Assembly (NCBI GenBank): GCA_947627645.1
Contig: CANQWV010000001.1
Span: 9,367-73,366, forward strand
Direction of reading: 5' to 3'
DNA length: 64,000 nt
Origin: an uncultured Lachnospiraceae bacterium
GTDB taxonomy: Bacteria; Bacillota; Clostridia; Lachnospirales; Lachnospiraceae
This document shows, in pieces, positions 42,047 through 53,151 of the stretch. Each line of letters starts with the position of its first letter. Within the stretch, counting starts at the first letter, position 1. The translations under genes and the position numbers were made by a program. The notes under the pieces were generated by a model. The model was not told the DNA's origin and did no database searches. It was given only the letters and a program-made list of their open reading frames with translations.

Positions 42047-42595
42047 TTAAACAATTGAGATCTTCATCAGACCCGAGGTCAGCTTGTCCAGCCTGCTGCG
42101 GATCGTGCTGTCCACGATGCGGTCGCCAATGCGGACTGTCATACCGCCGATCAGATCCGTATTTACTTTATAACTGATCTCCATCGTCTCATAAGCGGTC
42201 GTATCCAGAAGCTTCCGCTCGATCTTCTGCTTCTGTTCCTCCCGCAGCGGCACCGCCGAGATCACTTCGGCGACCCCAATCTTCTTGTATTCCTTCACCC
42301 TTGCAATAAAATACGCAAAAATATCCTGCAGCTCGCTGTATCTTCCCTTTCTCACCACAATTGTCATAAAACCTGTGAGGGCGTCGGATATTCTTCCCTT
42401 GAATACCTCCTCGACCGCCTGAACCTTTTTTTCCTTCGGAATCTCCGGGTGCATCAGAATCTTCTCAAAATCTTTATTCTCCTTCAGCGCCGTCCGGATG
42501 ACCTCGATCTCCTCCGCGAGGCTGTCGATCTGGTTTTCTTCCACGGCAAGCTCAAACAATGCGTCCCCATAGGTTCCTGCCGCTAGCTTTGCCAT
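42047..42595 (-). CDS. atpH: ATP synthase delta subunit
   Basis: YGDALFE, LIGGMTVRIGDRIVD. Confidence 0.94.
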   Translation of the reverse strand: MAKLAAGTYGDALFELAVEENQIDSLAEEIEVIRTALKENKDFEKILMHPEIPKEKKVQAVEEVFKGRISDALTGFMTIVVRKGRYSELQDIFAYFIARVKEYKKIGVAEVISAVPLREEQKQKIERKLLDTTAYETMEISYKVNTDLIGGMTVRIGDRIVDSTIRSRLDKLTSGLMKISIV

Positions 42596-43098
42596 GTCTG
42601 TTCACCTATCTCCTTCAATGTATCATCCACCAACGAATCCTGGATATCCGTATCGATCTTCTCGCTGACCACCTTTCCGGCAATCATCGATGCAACCGTA
42701 ATAATCTCTTTCTTGATATCGTCCTGCGCCTTCTTCATCTCCAGCTCAGCCTGCTTGTCCGCCCGCGCGATGATCGCCGCGGCTTCCATCTTCGCATTCT
42801 CGATGATCTTCGCCTCGCTCTCAAGCGCCTTCTTGCGCGCGGCGCTTAAGATCTCATTCTCTTCCATATGGATGTTGCGAAGCTTGTCCTCATACTCGAG
42901 ACGGAGCGCTTCCGCGTCAGCCTTCGCCTTCTCCGCCGAATCGATATTGTCCTTCACCCGCTGCGCACGCTTCTTCAGGAAGTCGCGGGCCGGATTGAAC
43001 AACAGATACGACAGGAATGTGAACATCACAAACACAGACAGAGCCAGCAGAACCGCATCATGAAGAAGCTGCGGATCAAGATTAAACAGTCGTTCCAA
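42583..43098 (-). CDS. atpF: ATP synthase b subunit
   Basis: N-terminal TM helix then charged coiled coil; operon position. Confidence 0.92.
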   Translation of the reverse strand: MERLFNLDPQLLHDAVLLALSVFVMFTFLSYLLFNPARDFLKKRAQRVKDNIDSAEKAKADAEALRLEYEDKLRNIHMEENEILSAARKKALESEAKIIENAKMEAAAIIARADKQAELEMKKAQDDIKKEIITVASMIAGKVVSEKIDTDIQDSLVDDTLKEIGEQTWQS

Positions 43099-43150
43099 GA
43101 TTTCGCCTCCTTTCGCGTTTAATTTCTTTCATGTCCCTGCTTCGCGAATT

Positions 43151-43465
<315 letters not shown>

Positions 43466-43543
43466 TCATTTCACTGCTGTCAAAAGCTTCCGGCCCAAAC
43501 GGCCAACTGATATCCGAAAATGCTCCGGTCGTTTTTCCGGCAG

Positions 43544-44266
43544 TCAGCTCTCCGCTCCCGGGAGCTTATCTGTCACAAATACCATCGTCAGCATACAGAA
43601 CACATACGTCTGTATCGCGCCTGAGAACAGGTCAAAATAAATGTGCAGAAATCCGGTCCAGCCGATTGCAAACGACAGAAGCGAATAGATCAGCGACATC
43701 ATGACCGTGCCGGACAGAATGTTTCCGAACAGACGCAGCGACAGGGAAAACGGCACCGCGATCTCACCGATCAGATTGATCGGAAAGAGAAACGGCAGCG
43801 GCTGGAACAATCCGGTAAACGCACCAAATTTGTTGTACTTGATGTTGTTGTACTGGATGATCCCAAACGTGATCAGTCCGAGCGGGAGTGTCACACCGTA
43901 GTCCGCCGTAGGCGGCCGCAGTCCGAACAGACCTGAAATGTTGCTGATAAAAATGAAAATAAAGATGGATCCGATGTAATTCCGGAACTTCTTCGCATGC
44001 ACGCCCATGCTGCTCTCCACCATGTTGTCAAGCATCTCGACGACGATCTCCACAACATTCTGAAAACCGGACGGATACTTCTGCGCATGGCTGATCGTAA
44101 TCCTCGCCGCGATCGCGAACGCGAGAATCAGCAGCATAACGATCAATATGGCGACGTGCGTCGTCGTGATCCAGAACGTCTGTCCAAACAGCTTGTAGCT
44201 GAAGACGCCGTGAATCATAAAATCCACATCTGACCCAGAAGCTGCCAGCAAATTCGCAGTCTCCAC
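43544..44266 (-). CDS. atpB: ATP synthase a subunit
   Basis: PPTAD, SLSLRLFGNI, GAIQTYVF. Confidence 0.95.
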   Translation of the reverse strand: METANLLAASGSDVDFMIHGVFSYKLFGQTFWITTTHVAILIVMLLILAFAIAARITISHAQKYPSGFQNVVEIVVEMLDNMVESSMGVHAKKFRNYIGSIFIFIFISNISGLFGLRPPTADYGVTLPLGLITFGIIQYNNIKYNKFGAFTGLFQPLPFLFPINLIGEIAVPFSLSLRLFGNILSGTVMMSLIYSLLSFAIGWTGFLHIYFDLFSGAIQTYVFCMLTMVFVTDKLPGAES

Positions 44267-44395
44267 GTTTCCTCCTCCTTTCTCACATACTCTTGCTATA
44301 ACTAATCAGTAACCGCGGCGCGAAACGCACAGAAATCGCTCCGCCGATTCTGAATAATTACCAAAATGATTCACAAAATCCGACTCCGACAGAAG

Positions 44396-44806
44396 CTATT
44401 TTCCAGGCTTTCCCAGAAATTTATGCACAAGCGGCTGAAGGAACGCCCCGAATTTCAGACAAAGCACTCCGACAAAATACGCCATCACATACCCAAGCTT
44501 CAAATAATGCACCGCGGCCGCGGCGAGAAGGATGATCCCCGTGCGCAGAAGGTACGCCTTACGCATATACCCCTCTGCATCCTTCGGCTGCATATCCAGC
44601 GCCCGGTCGATCGACCGGTACATATGCGCCGCCAGCGCGATCGCCACGGCAATTCCGATCCACAGACCTGTGGCAAACAAAAACCGCAGTCCGGAAAACT
44701 GAGGATAAACGCCGGTGACGATCAGGTCGACGATCTCGATCAAAACGCCAGACACCAGAATACCGCAGATCAGCTCCAGAAGCGTTTCATTGATCTTCTT
44801 TTTCAT
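44396..44806 (-). CDS. atpI: ATP synthase protein I-like membrane protein
   Basis: Four hydrophobic segments; directly upstream of atpB. Confidence 0.7.
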   Translation of the reverse strand: MKKKINETLLELICGILVSGVLIEIVDLIVTGVYPQFSGLRFLFATGLWIGIAVAIALAAHMYRSIDRALDMQPKDAEGYMRKAYLLRTGIILLAAAAVHYLKLGYVMAYFVGVLCLKFGAFLQPLVHKFLGKPGK

Positions 44807-45035
44807 TTTTCTGCCTTTCCTTCGACGACGGCGGCTGAATCTGTTTCAAAAGGATCCAGGTATTCCTCGCCCCGGCCAGTATCCCGAGGATCAAAAGCAC
44901 CGCTGTGACCGACCAGCCGTACCGCTCGTCCAGCCAGCTCCCGACAAACGCACAGAGTACGACAGGCGCAAGCATACTGACGCCGAGCTGCGTCACCATC
45001 GCCAGAGAACGCACGATCTCATTCTTTTTTTTCAT
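44787..45035 (-). CDS. AtpZ/AtpI-family small membrane protein
   Basis: QLGVSMLAPV...GSWLD...LGILAG; first gene of the atp operon. Confidence 0.8.
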   Translation of the reverse strand: MKKKNEIVRSLAMVTQLGVSMLAPVVLCAFVGSWLDERYGWSVTAVLLILGILAGARNTWILLKQIQPPSSKERQKNEKEDQ

Positions 45036-45261
45036 ATTTTTATATCCTGCTCTTTCACCCTGATGGACATGAGCTTCCGGACAATACAGGCATATACAAA
45101 ATTATTCGGACTCGCTATCCTTTATATTAATGTATTTTGCCATATATGTCCAGAATTTATTGATTATTATTATTTTAACAATCTTTACAGAATTGTTCTT
45201 TACAAATTTGGCAGCATATACAAAATCACAAGTTTGCAACTTTTGTTAAAATTATATACTT

Positions 45262-46308
45262 TTATTGGGAATTCGTCTCTCCTTTTCCTATCTGAAACTC
45301 TCTCAGAATCTCCATCACGGTCAGCAATGTGACCGGGCCGAGCACGACGCCGGCCGGCCCGTAAAGGTACAGCCCCGCATAGACCACCACGATCATGACA
45401 AACGGATAGATTCCGAGCTTCTGCCCGATCAGCCTTGGTTCGAGAAACTCACGGACGACATAAGTCAACAGAAATAAGCCCAGATAACCGACCGCTGACG
45501 AGAATTTTTTCTGAAAAAGCAAAAATATAGCCAGCGGGATAAGAACCGTTCCCGTTCCTATAAAGGGCAGCGCATCCATCAGTCCGATCACAATGCCGAG
45601 TACCAGGAAATACGGATTTCCCATCACCCACAAGCCGGCCGTGCACAGCACGATGATCACAGCGATGATCATGAACTGCGCCTTCATATACATCCCGCCC
45701 TGCTTCCACATCCGGGTCGTAACGTTGTGGATATGCCGGTAGATCGTATATTCCTGCAGCTTTTCAATCATCTCGTCATAGTCCTTCATCAACAGGATCA
45801 CCGCGACAAAAAGCATGAGCAGAAAGAGCCCGACATCCATCAGCTTTTTCAGATAGCGGACAGAATAATTCACAACGCCCGGTACAATATAGACACGGAT
45901 CTGTTCCGTCGCGTGCTCCAGGCTGGAATAGACGAAATCGCGGAGCTCGTCCACCTGTATTCCAAAGCTTCTTTCTGCCATATGGCAGCAGCCGTCCACC
46001 CATCCGCAGAAGCAGCTGTAATAATAGTCAAAATTTATGGCGATTTTCCGGATCTGTCCCATCAGCAGACAATAAAAATAATAAAACAAAAACGTAATGC
46101 CAGCAAGCAGGATAACCAGCAGGACAGACACGATCACTTCCTTTTTCCACGGGAGCTTTTTCCGTATCGCCTCCGTCACAGGATTCAGCAAGTGCACCAG
46201 CATATAGGCGACTAAAAAAGGAACCACATATGGCAGCAGATAACGATACACAAAATAGACTGCCACGGTGATTCCTGTCACGGTAAGTATTTTCTTTCCT
46301 TCCTCCAT
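45262..46308 (-). CDS. ytvI: AI-2E family transporter, sporulation protein YtvI-like
   Basis: PFLVAY, DALPFIGTG, REFLEPRLIGQKLG, GPAGVVLGP. Confidence 0.8.
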   Translation of the reverse strand: MEEGKKILTVTGITVAVYFVYRYLLPYVVPFLVAYMLVHLLNPVTEAIRKKLPWKKEVIVSVLLVILLAGITFLFYYFYCLLMGQIRKIAINFDYYYSCFCGWVDGCCHMAERSFGIQVDELRDFVYSSLEHATEQIRVYIVPGVVNYSVRYLKKLMDVGLFLLMLFVAVILLMKDYDEMIEKLQEYTIYRHIHNVTTRMWKQGGMYMKAQFMIIAVIIVLCTAGLWVMGNPYFLVLGIVIGLMDALPFIGTGTVLIPLAIFLLFQKKFSSAVGYLGLFLLTYVVREFLEPRLIGQKLGIYPFVMIVVVYAGLYLYGPAGVVLGPVTLLTVMEILREFQIGKGETNSQ

Positions 46309-46366
46309 ACACGCACCTTCCAACTTTTTCTCTTATGCCACTGTTTCACATAGATTCTTTTGTGCT

Positions 46367-46395
46367 TAGTATGAGGAAAACAATCTTTCTTATGC
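46367..46395 (-). promoter_or_regulatory. Sporulation sigma (E/G-type) promoter of ytvI
   Basis: GCATA-17 bp-CATACTA on the minus strand. Confidence 0.5.
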
Positions 46396-46455
46396 GCAGT
46401 TTCTTTCCGATACAATTACCCTGTCCGTATATTCGATTCATAAACTGATCCGAAA

Positions 46456-47370
46456 TCAAAGAAAAAGTGAAAAAATATCTGTCTCTGGTCTTGTCCTGAA
46501 TTCCATTTTTTTCTTAGTGACCGGATGCACAAATGTAAGTGAAACCGCGCAGAGGGCAAGCGATATCTTCCCACTCTCCTGCCCGGACGTCCGTTTCCTG
46601 TCCGTCTCTGTCAGAAATTCCCGCCAGCTTTTGTTGTATTTCTGATCTCCGTACAGCGGCAGACCGGCGTGCGCCATCTGCACCCGGATCTGGTGATGAC
46701 GCCCTGTCTTCAGTTCAATCTCCGCAAGGAGATATCTTCTTTCCGGACAAAGGCCAGAGCTTTCCTCTCCGGGCAGAGGAAAGGCCGCCGAATTCTGAGT
46801 CAGATTCTTTTTGCCCTTTATCTGAAAAACCAGCTCGGCACGCTTCGCATCGCGTCTTCCCTGCTCTGTTACGGAAGAAAGATTCGTCCTGCCGCCTTTC
46901 ACGAGATAATCCACAAGACAGTAAGCCTTCTCTTCCTCCAGCTCATGCCTGCACGGATTTTGCCCGGACAGCCTGCCGCCGGATAAGGCTGCCGCCTGCT
47001 TTTCTTTACAGACGCTTTTGTCAGCTACACAGCACACTGCCTGATAGATCTTTTTCATGCTTCCGCCGGAAATCTGCCTGGAAAGCTCCGCAGCCGCCCG
47101 CTTCGTCTTCGCAAACACAAGAACGCCCTCCACCGGCTGGTCAAGCCGATGAACGACATAAACCGACGGCGTTTCCTTTCGAACCGCCTGGCTCCCGGAT
47201 CTTTCCGTGGAGGCTTCTTTCCCCTTTTTCTGTATGTCGGCAAAACGATTATTCAGAATGCTGACCATATCCTTTTGTCCAACCTTCGCGCTCTGCACCG
47301 GAAGCCCCGCTGGTTTATGGCAAACGATCAATTCTGCATCCTCGTACAAAATTAACAGCGCTTCATTCAT
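46456..47370 (-). CDS. RluA/RluD-family pseudouridine synthase
   Basis: KPAGL, VHRLD, TGRHHQIRVQ, LYGDQKY. Confidence 0.92.
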   Translation of the reverse strand: MNEALLILYEDAELIVCHKPAGLPVQSAKVGQKDMVSILNNRFADIQKKGKEASTERSGSQAVRKETPSVYVVHRLDQPVEGVLVFAKTKRAAAELSRQISGGSMKKIYQAVCCVADKSVCKEKQAAALSGGRLSGQNPCRHELEEEKAYCLVDYLVKGGRTNLSSVTEQGRRDAKRAELVFQIKGKKNLTQNSAAFPLPGEESSGLCPERRYLLAEIELKTGRHHQIRVQMAHAGLPLYGDQKYNKSWREFLTETDRKRTSGQESGKISLALCAVSLTFVHPVTKKKMEFRTRPETDIFSLFL

Positions 47371-47392
47371 GATCGTGATATCCCCATAATCC

Positions 47393-48082
47393 TTACATTT
47401 TGAACCGGTAACCGACGCCCCAGATCGTCTCGATGTACTGCGGCTTGGAGGACTGCTTTTCGATCTTTTCCCGTATTTTCTTGATGTGCACCGTGACCGT
47501 CGCAATGTCGCCGATCGACTCCATATCCCAGATTTCCTTGAAAAGCTCTTCTTTCGTGAACACATGGTTCGGATTCTGCGCCAAAAAGGTCAGAAGATCA
47601 AACTCCTTGGTCGTGAAATTTTTCTCCTCCCCGTCAATCCAGACGCGCCGGGCTGTCTTGTCAATCTTAATGCCGCGCACTTCCACGATATCGTTTTCCT
47701 GGACATTGCTGTTCACCAGGCGTTCGTATCGCGCGAGATGCGCTTTCACACGCGCGACCAGCTCGCTGGGAGAAAACGGCTTCGTCATATAATCGTCCGC
47801 GCCAAGGCCAAGCCCCCGGATCTTGTCGATATCATCTTTCTTGGCCGAAACCATGATGATCGGCACATTCTTCCTCCCTCGGATCTGGCGGCAGATTTCA
47901 AACCCATCCAGCCCCGGAAGCATCAGATCCAGAATAATCAGGTCGAACTCTTCCTCCAGAGACCGAATGAGGCCTCTGTCCCCGGTATTTTCGATCTGCA
48001 CCTCAAAGCCCGACAGCTCCAGGTAATCCTTCTCCAGATCCGCAATCGCCACCTCATCTTCAATGATCAAAATCTTACTCAT
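47393..48082 (-). CDS. OmpR-family response regulator
   Basis: IIEDE, LDLMLP, KPFS, C-terminal wHTH ETIWGVGYRF. Confidence 0.95.
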   Translation of the reverse strand: MSKILIIEDEVAIADLEKDYLELSGFEVQIENTGDRGLIRSLEEEFDLIILDLMLPGLDGFEICRQIRGRKNVPIIMVSAKKDDIDKIRGLGLGADDYMTKPFSPSELVARVKAHLARYERLVNSNVQENDIVEVRGIKIDKTARRVWIDGEEKNFTTKEFDLLTFLAQNPNHVFTKEELFKEIWDMESIGDIATVTVHIKKIREKIEKQSSKPQYIETIWGVGYRFKM

Positions 48083-48114
48083 AGGCCAGATCCTCCTGTT
48101 ATTTTGTACCGCTC

Positions 48115-49689
48115 TTATTGATCCGAAAAAATATACTTCCGGACTACAAAATGCATGACCGTCCCTTCGCCAACCTTGCTGGTCGCCCAGATTCTGCCGC
48201 CGTGATCCTCAACGATTTTCTTTACGATGGACAGTCCGATGCCGCTGCCTCCCTGTGCCGAATTGCGCGACTGATCCGTCCGGTAAAAGCGGTCGAAGAT
48301 CGAGACCAGTTCCTGATTCGGGATACCCTTTCCATTGTCTTCCAGCTCAACCTGAACAAAGTCCCCGACATCCATCACGCGCAGCTGCACATATTTTTTG
48401 GCTTTATCCATATATTTGACCGAATTTCCGATGATATTGTTGATCACACGCTTGAGCTGCTCCGCGTCCGCGATGATCAATGTACCTGGCTCCACCGTGT
48501 TAATATAAGAAAACACGATACTTCGCTCACGCATCTCCAGGCCGACCTCCTCGGCACAGTCGTCAAAATACTCCGCAACGTCGATCCGGTTGAAATTATA
48601 AGGGATCTTGTTCGTGTCAATCTTGGAATAAAAGGTTAATTCATTGATCAGGCGATCCATATCGTTCGCCTTGATGTAGATCGTGCGGATGTAGCGATCC
48701 ATTTTTTCCGGCGTGTCCGCAACTCCGTCCATAATTCCCTCGACATATCCCTTGACCGCCGTGATCGGAGTCTTCAGATCGTGGGAAATATTGCTGATCA
48801 GCTCCTTGCTCTGACGGTCGAACGCCTTCTTCTCCTCATCCAGGTCCTTCAGCCGCTGCCGCATCTCATCGAAATCCCGGCAGAGCTCGCTGATTTCGTC
48901 TTTGCCCTTCACATCCAGCTCAAAGTCAAAATCTTCTTCCTTGATACGGTGCGTCGCCTCGCTGAGCTTCTGCAGCGGCGTATGCACACCCGTATAGATC
49001 CAGATGATCATGAGAAACGCCGCAAAAATCAGAATCACAACGATCGAGATCAGCAAGTCAAGCACCAGCCTTCCATTCTGCGCGATAATCTCGCTCACGG
49101 AAGAAACGATGAAAATACTTAACTCCGAAACCTCTCCTTTCTGCTCCGCGCCCGCTTCTTCAGCTTCACCCGAACGCTGTAACTGCTCCGCCTGCTTTTT
49201 TAAGGCATTCTTAGCTTCATCCGGCGATATCTCAACATCAAGCTGTTTCACAAACACACGGATATCCCGTCCAATATAGGAACCTCCGTCCGAAGTACTG
49301 CTGAAGCTGCGGAACTTCGGCAGCGCCTTCAAAAGCTTATCGACGTCTTCGCCGGAACCATTATAAAAAAGCTCGTTGTCTTTCCTCACAAGCAGATAAG
49401 AATGTTTTTTCAAAAGCTTCTCATTGATCTGCTCCAGATAGGATTCCCGCAAAAACTGCTGCGGATCATCTTCCGACTGCTTTGACATTTCCTCAAAAAT
49501 TCCCTGCGTCGTCTGTCCGATCAGGCGCATGGAATCAGAAATATTTTCTACAGAAACGGAAACACCGTAATTCTGCTCGATCGTATGCCTCTGAAACCTC
49601 GTAAAGCCCCAGAACACAATGCTGAACAAAAGAAACGGCACCAGAATGATCACCAGAAACGCGATGATCAGTCTTGTCTTTAATTTCAT
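48115..49689 (-). CDS. Sensor histidine kinase (HAMP, HisKA, HATPase)
   Basis: Two TM helices, SHDLKTP, DNGKGI, GSGIGL. Confidence 0.95.
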   Translation of the reverse strand: MKLKTRLIIAFLVIILVPFLLFSIVFWGFTRFQRHTIEQNYGVSVSVENISDSMRLIGQTTQGIFEEMSKQSEDDPQQFLRESYLEQINEKLLKKHSYLLVRKDNELFYNGSGEDVDKLLKALPKFRSFSSTSDGGSYIGRDIRVFVKQLDVEISPDEAKNALKKQAEQLQRSGEAEEAGAEQKGEVSELSIFIVSSVSEIIAQNGRLVLDLLISIVVILIFAAFLMIIWIYTGVHTPLQKLSEATHRIKEEDFDFELDVKGKDEISELCRDFDEMRQRLKDLDEEKKAFDRQSKELISNISHDLKTPITAVKGYVEGIMDGVADTPEKMDRYIRTIYIKANDMDRLINELTFYSKIDTNKIPYNFNRIDVAEYFDDCAEEVGLEMRERSIVFSYINTVEPGTLIIADAEQLKRVINNIIGNSVKYMDKAKKYVQLRVMDVGDFVQVELEDNGKGIPNQELVSIFDRFYRTDQSRNSAQGGSGIGLSIVKKIVEDHGGRIWATSKVGEGTVMHFVVRKYIFSDQ

Positions 49690-49738
49690 AAAATCACCTT
49701 AAACGATCCTGTAAAAAACCTTAAAACTGCTTTTTCTG

Positions 49739-50935
49739 TCAAGCATTCTCCAAATATTTTTTCAGATTTTCAACCTTGTCCAGCTTCTCCCAGGGCAGCT
49801 CCAGGTCGTCTCTTCCAAAGTGTCCATAAGCGGCTGTCTGTTTGTAGATTGGACGGCGCAGATCCAGCATCCGGATAATCCCTGCCGGGCGCAGGTCGAA
49901 GTTTTCACGCACGATCTGCGTGATTTTCTCATCAGAAAGGCTTCCCGTTCCGAACGTGTCCACCATGATCGAAGTCGGCCTTGCGACGCCGATCGCATAG
50001 GACAGCTGGATCTCACACTTCGAGGCAAGCCCTGCCGCCACGAGATTCTTCGCCACATAGCGTGCCGCGTACGCCGCGGAGCGATCTACCTTCGTGCAGT
50101 CCTTGCCGGAGAACGCGCCGCCGCCGTGTCTTGCATAACCGCCGTATGTATCCACGATAATCTTTCGCCCGGTCAGTCCGCTATCGCCATGCGGACCGCC
50201 AATTACAAATCGTCCCGTCGGGTTGACAAAAAACTTTGTCTCACCGTCGACCATATCTTTTGGCAGCACCACGTCAAAGACATATTTTTTAATGTCCGCA
50301 TGAATCTGCTCCTGCGACGCCTCCGGATCATGCTGCGTGGAAAGCACCACGGCGTCCAGCCTTGCAGGCTTTCCATTCTCATCATACTCTACCGTCACCT
50401 GCGTTTTTCCATCCGGGCGCAGATACGGAAGCGTACCGTCCTTTCGAACCTTTGTAAGCTGACGCGCCAGTTTGTGCGCCAGGGAAATCGGATACGGCAT
50501 ATACTCTGGCGTCTCATCCGTCGCATAGCCGAACATCATGCCTTGGTCGCCCGCGCCGATTGCTTCGATCTCGTCGTCCGTCATCGTATTTTCTTTTGCT
50601 TCAAGCGCTTTGTCCACGCCCATCGCGATATCCGCCGACTGCTCGTCAATCGCCGTAATCACGCCGCAGGTGTCCGCGTCAAAACCATATTTTCCACGCG
50701 TATAACCGATCTCGCGCACTGTATCGCGCACGATCTTTTGAATGTCGACATAGGCGTTCGTCGTGATCTCGCCCATCACAAGCACCAGCCCGGTCGTCGT
50801 GGCCGTCTCGCAGGCCACACGGCTCATTGGATCCTGCTCGAGCAAGGCGTCAAGGATCGCGTCAGAGATCTGGTCGCACATTTTATCCGGATGTCCTTCC
50901 GTCACGGATTCTGAAGTAAACAGTAACTTGTCCAT
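49739..50935 (-). CDS. metK: S-adenosylmethionine synthetase
   Basis: [28 protein letters not shown]. Confidence 0.98.
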   Translation of the reverse strand: MDKLLFTSESVTEGHPDKMCDQISDAILDALLEQDPMSRVACETATTTGLVLVMGEITTNAYVDIQKIVRDTVREIGYTRGKYGFDADTCGVITAIDEQSADIAMGVDKALEAKENTMTDDEIEAIGAGDQGMMFGYATDETPEYMPYPISLAHKLARQLTKVRKDGTLPYLRPDGKTQVTVEYDENGKPARLDAVVLSTQHDPEASQEQIHADIKKYVFDVVLPKDMVDGETKFFVNPTGRFVIGGPHGDSGLTGRKIIVDTYGGYARHGGGAFSGKDCTKVDRSAAYAARYVAKNLVAAGLASKCEIQLSYAIGVARPTSIMVDTFGTGSLSDEKITQIVRENFDLRPAGIIRMLDLRRPIYKQTAAYGHFGRDDLELPWEKLDKVENLKKYLENA

Positions 50936-51017
50936 TTGTACCTCCCTTTCCATAATTGGCTGCTTTTCTGTTTTCAGGTCTACGCAAAAAATCCGCCAAA
51001 TTCATAGTATAAAACAT

Positions 51018-51731
51018 TCAGCAGAAACGCTCCACGATGTATCGGTTCGCCTCCAGCTCCTGACTGTCGTCAAGCGGCGCAAGCTCCGCTTTTCCATATT
51101 TTCTCTTTAGCGCGCTGCCGATCAGATAATCGCAGACATGAGGATTTTTCGGAAGCAGCGGCCCATGCAGATATGTTCCAACGATGTTCTTATACAGAAC
51201 TCCCTCCATTCCATCCGTCCCATTGTTCCCGTAGCCGAATTTCACTTTTCCCAACGGCTGATTGTCTCCAATGTACGTCCTGCCTCCATGATTCTCAAAT
51301 CCAACAATCGGATAATCAAACAGCTCGTTTTCAATCACAATATTTGAGATCAGGCGCGGACTTCCCTGCTCTGTATACAAATCTACGAGCGACAACCCTT
51401 CAATCCTGCCGTTATCCGTGTCATAGTAATGTCCGAGCAGCTGATAACCGCCGCAGACCGCGATCACAACGCCGTTATCCTCTACGTAACCCCTGAAATC
51501 CTTCTGAATCGTCTTCAGCCTTTCGCAGACGAGCATCTGTTCCCGATCCGAGCCGCCACCAAGCAGCACAATATCCAGATTCGCAAAATCAATCGGATCT
51601 GTGAGCTGAAATTCCCGGACTTCAGCTTCAATCCCGCGCCATTCACAGCGCTTTTTCATACACTGGATATTTCCCCTGTCACCGTACAGGTTCAGCAGAT
51701 CCGGATAGAGATGTCCTATTGTAATCTTCAT
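51018..51731 (-). CDS. gatD: Lipid II isoglutaminyl synthase, glutaminase subunit
   Basis: LNLYGDRGN, GGGSDREQ, VCGGYQ, GFENH, YLHGPLLPKN. Confidence 0.92.
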   Translation of the reverse strand: MKITIGHLYPDLLNLYGDRGNIQCMKKRCEWRGIEAEVREFQLTDPIDFANLDIVLLGGGSDREQMLVCERLKTIQKDFRGYVEDNGVVIAVCGGYQLLGHYYDTDNGRIEGLSLVDLYTEQGSPRLISNIVIENELFDYPIVGFENHGGRTYIGDNQPLGKVKFGYGNNGTDGMEGVLYKNIVGTYLHGPLLPKNPHVCDYLIGSALKRKYGKAELAPLDDSQELEANRYIVERFC

Positions 51732-51768
51732 AGCCTTTTCTCCGATATTGTCTTATTGGCAGAAATCT

Positions 51769-53121
51769 TCAGGGTTTTCCACCTTTTTGCAATCCCAGCA
51801 GTATGTTCCGCGTCGAGAACAGAGCCGTATAATTCACAAGCACATACAGATTTCCACAGCCGTCCCTGATTCGCGCCTCGATCGCACTCTTCACATCGGC
51901 GATCATCTCGGAAGAAATATCCACATACTTCATGCGCAGCCTCATATCCTGGCAGCGTATCCCGCTGACCGTAATCGAGCGGATATCCTCCTGCGCAAAA
52001 CGGTCGAAATCAACGTCCCACAGCCAGGAAATATCTGTGCCATCCTGCGCGTTGTCATTGATGACAATGATGATATCCTTTGGCTTCTCATCCTCCATGA
52101 CCGCAGAAATATTCTGGTTGAAGCCGGCCGGATTTTTCGCAAGATTCAGAACAATATGTGTTCCACTGATCACAAACTGCTCCATGCGGCCATTCTGCGG
52201 ATTGAAGGTTCTCAGAACGTCGGCAAATTTGTCAAGCGGAAGACCGGCAGTCCTGACCGCGCTGTAGGCGGCCAGAATGTTGTAAATATTGTAAAATCCA
52301 CGGTAATCTGCCTCAATCCTTCGGCCTTCCACCTCGAAGCTCAAACCCTTTGACATATCGATATGGGAAGCGTCAAAGTCAATTTCCGGCCTTGCAAAAT
52401 CACACTTCGGACAGCGATATTTCCCGATCTGGCTATAGTGATAAAATTCATATTCCAGCCGTGCGCCGCAATTCTTGCAGAAACGCCCTTCCCGGATCTC
52501 ATGTCCGCCCTGCTCCTTGAAGACCTGCTCTGAAATTCCGTACGTCCGGTAAGGATTCCCGCTTTTCATGGCAAGATAAGCCGCAAGCGCATCGTCCCCG
52601 TTCACGATCACAGTCATTTCCGGCGCCATCTTCATCGCACGATCCAGGATATCCATCGTGATATCTATTTCACCGTAGCGGTCGAGCTGATCCCGGAACA
52701 GATTTGTCAGCACCATATAATCCGGCTTAAAATGAGGAAAAATGCGCAGTGTGGAAGCCTCGTCGATCTCGATGCAGGCGTAGTCCGCGTCCAGCTTTCC
52801 ATTATTTCCAGCGGCAAGCACAAAGGCAGCCGCCACGCCGGCAAGCATATTCGAGCCGGTATGATTACACACCAGCTTCTTTCCCTCCGACTCAATCGCG
52901 GAACAGAGGAGGTTATTTGTAGTTGTCTTTCCATTTGTCCCACAGACCACAAAAATCTTTTCCCGCACCATAGACGACAGATCCGCCAGAATCCGCGGAT
53001 CGATCTTAAGCGCAATTCTTCCGGCAAGCGTGACGCCCTGCCTGCCGGAAAGTCTGCATACGGTACTGACAATCTTTGCCGTCCAGACGGCGATCAGCCT
53101 TCGTACCCTCATATTTTTCAT
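51769..53121 (-). CDS. murT: Lipid II isoglutaminyl synthase, Mur-ligase subunit
   Basis: GTNGKTTT, NLFRDQLDRYGE, CxxC pair, KNPAG, DISWLWDVDF, NYTAL. Confidence 0.92.
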   Translation of the reverse strand: MKNMRVRRLIAVWTAKIVSTVCRLSGRQGVTLAGRIALKIDPRILADLSSMVREKIFVVCGTNGKTTTNNLLCSAIESEGKKLVCNHTGSNMLAGVAAAFVLAAGNNGKLDADYACIEIDEASTLRIFPHFKPDYMVLTNLFRDQLDRYGEIDITMDILDRAMKMAPEMTVIVNGDDALAAYLAMKSGNPYRTYGISEQVFKEQGGHEIREGRFCKNCGARLEYEFYHYSQIGKYRCPKCDFARPEIDFDASHIDMSKGLSFEVEGRRIEADYRGFYNIYNILAAYSAVRTAGLPLDKFADVLRTFNPQNGRMEQFVISGTHIVLNLAKNPAGFNQNISAVMEDEKPKDIIIVINDNAQDGTDISWLWDVDFDRFAQEDIRSITVSGIRCQDMRLRMKYVDISSEMIADVKSAIEARIRDGCGNLYVLVNYTALFSTRNILLGLQKGGKP

Positions 53122-53151
53122 CGCAGCAATTTCGCTTCCTCTGAACTGTTG

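Noticed and set aside
50936-51017. SAM riboswitch before metK
   Set aside because: The gap is only ~80 bp and shows no S-box consensus.
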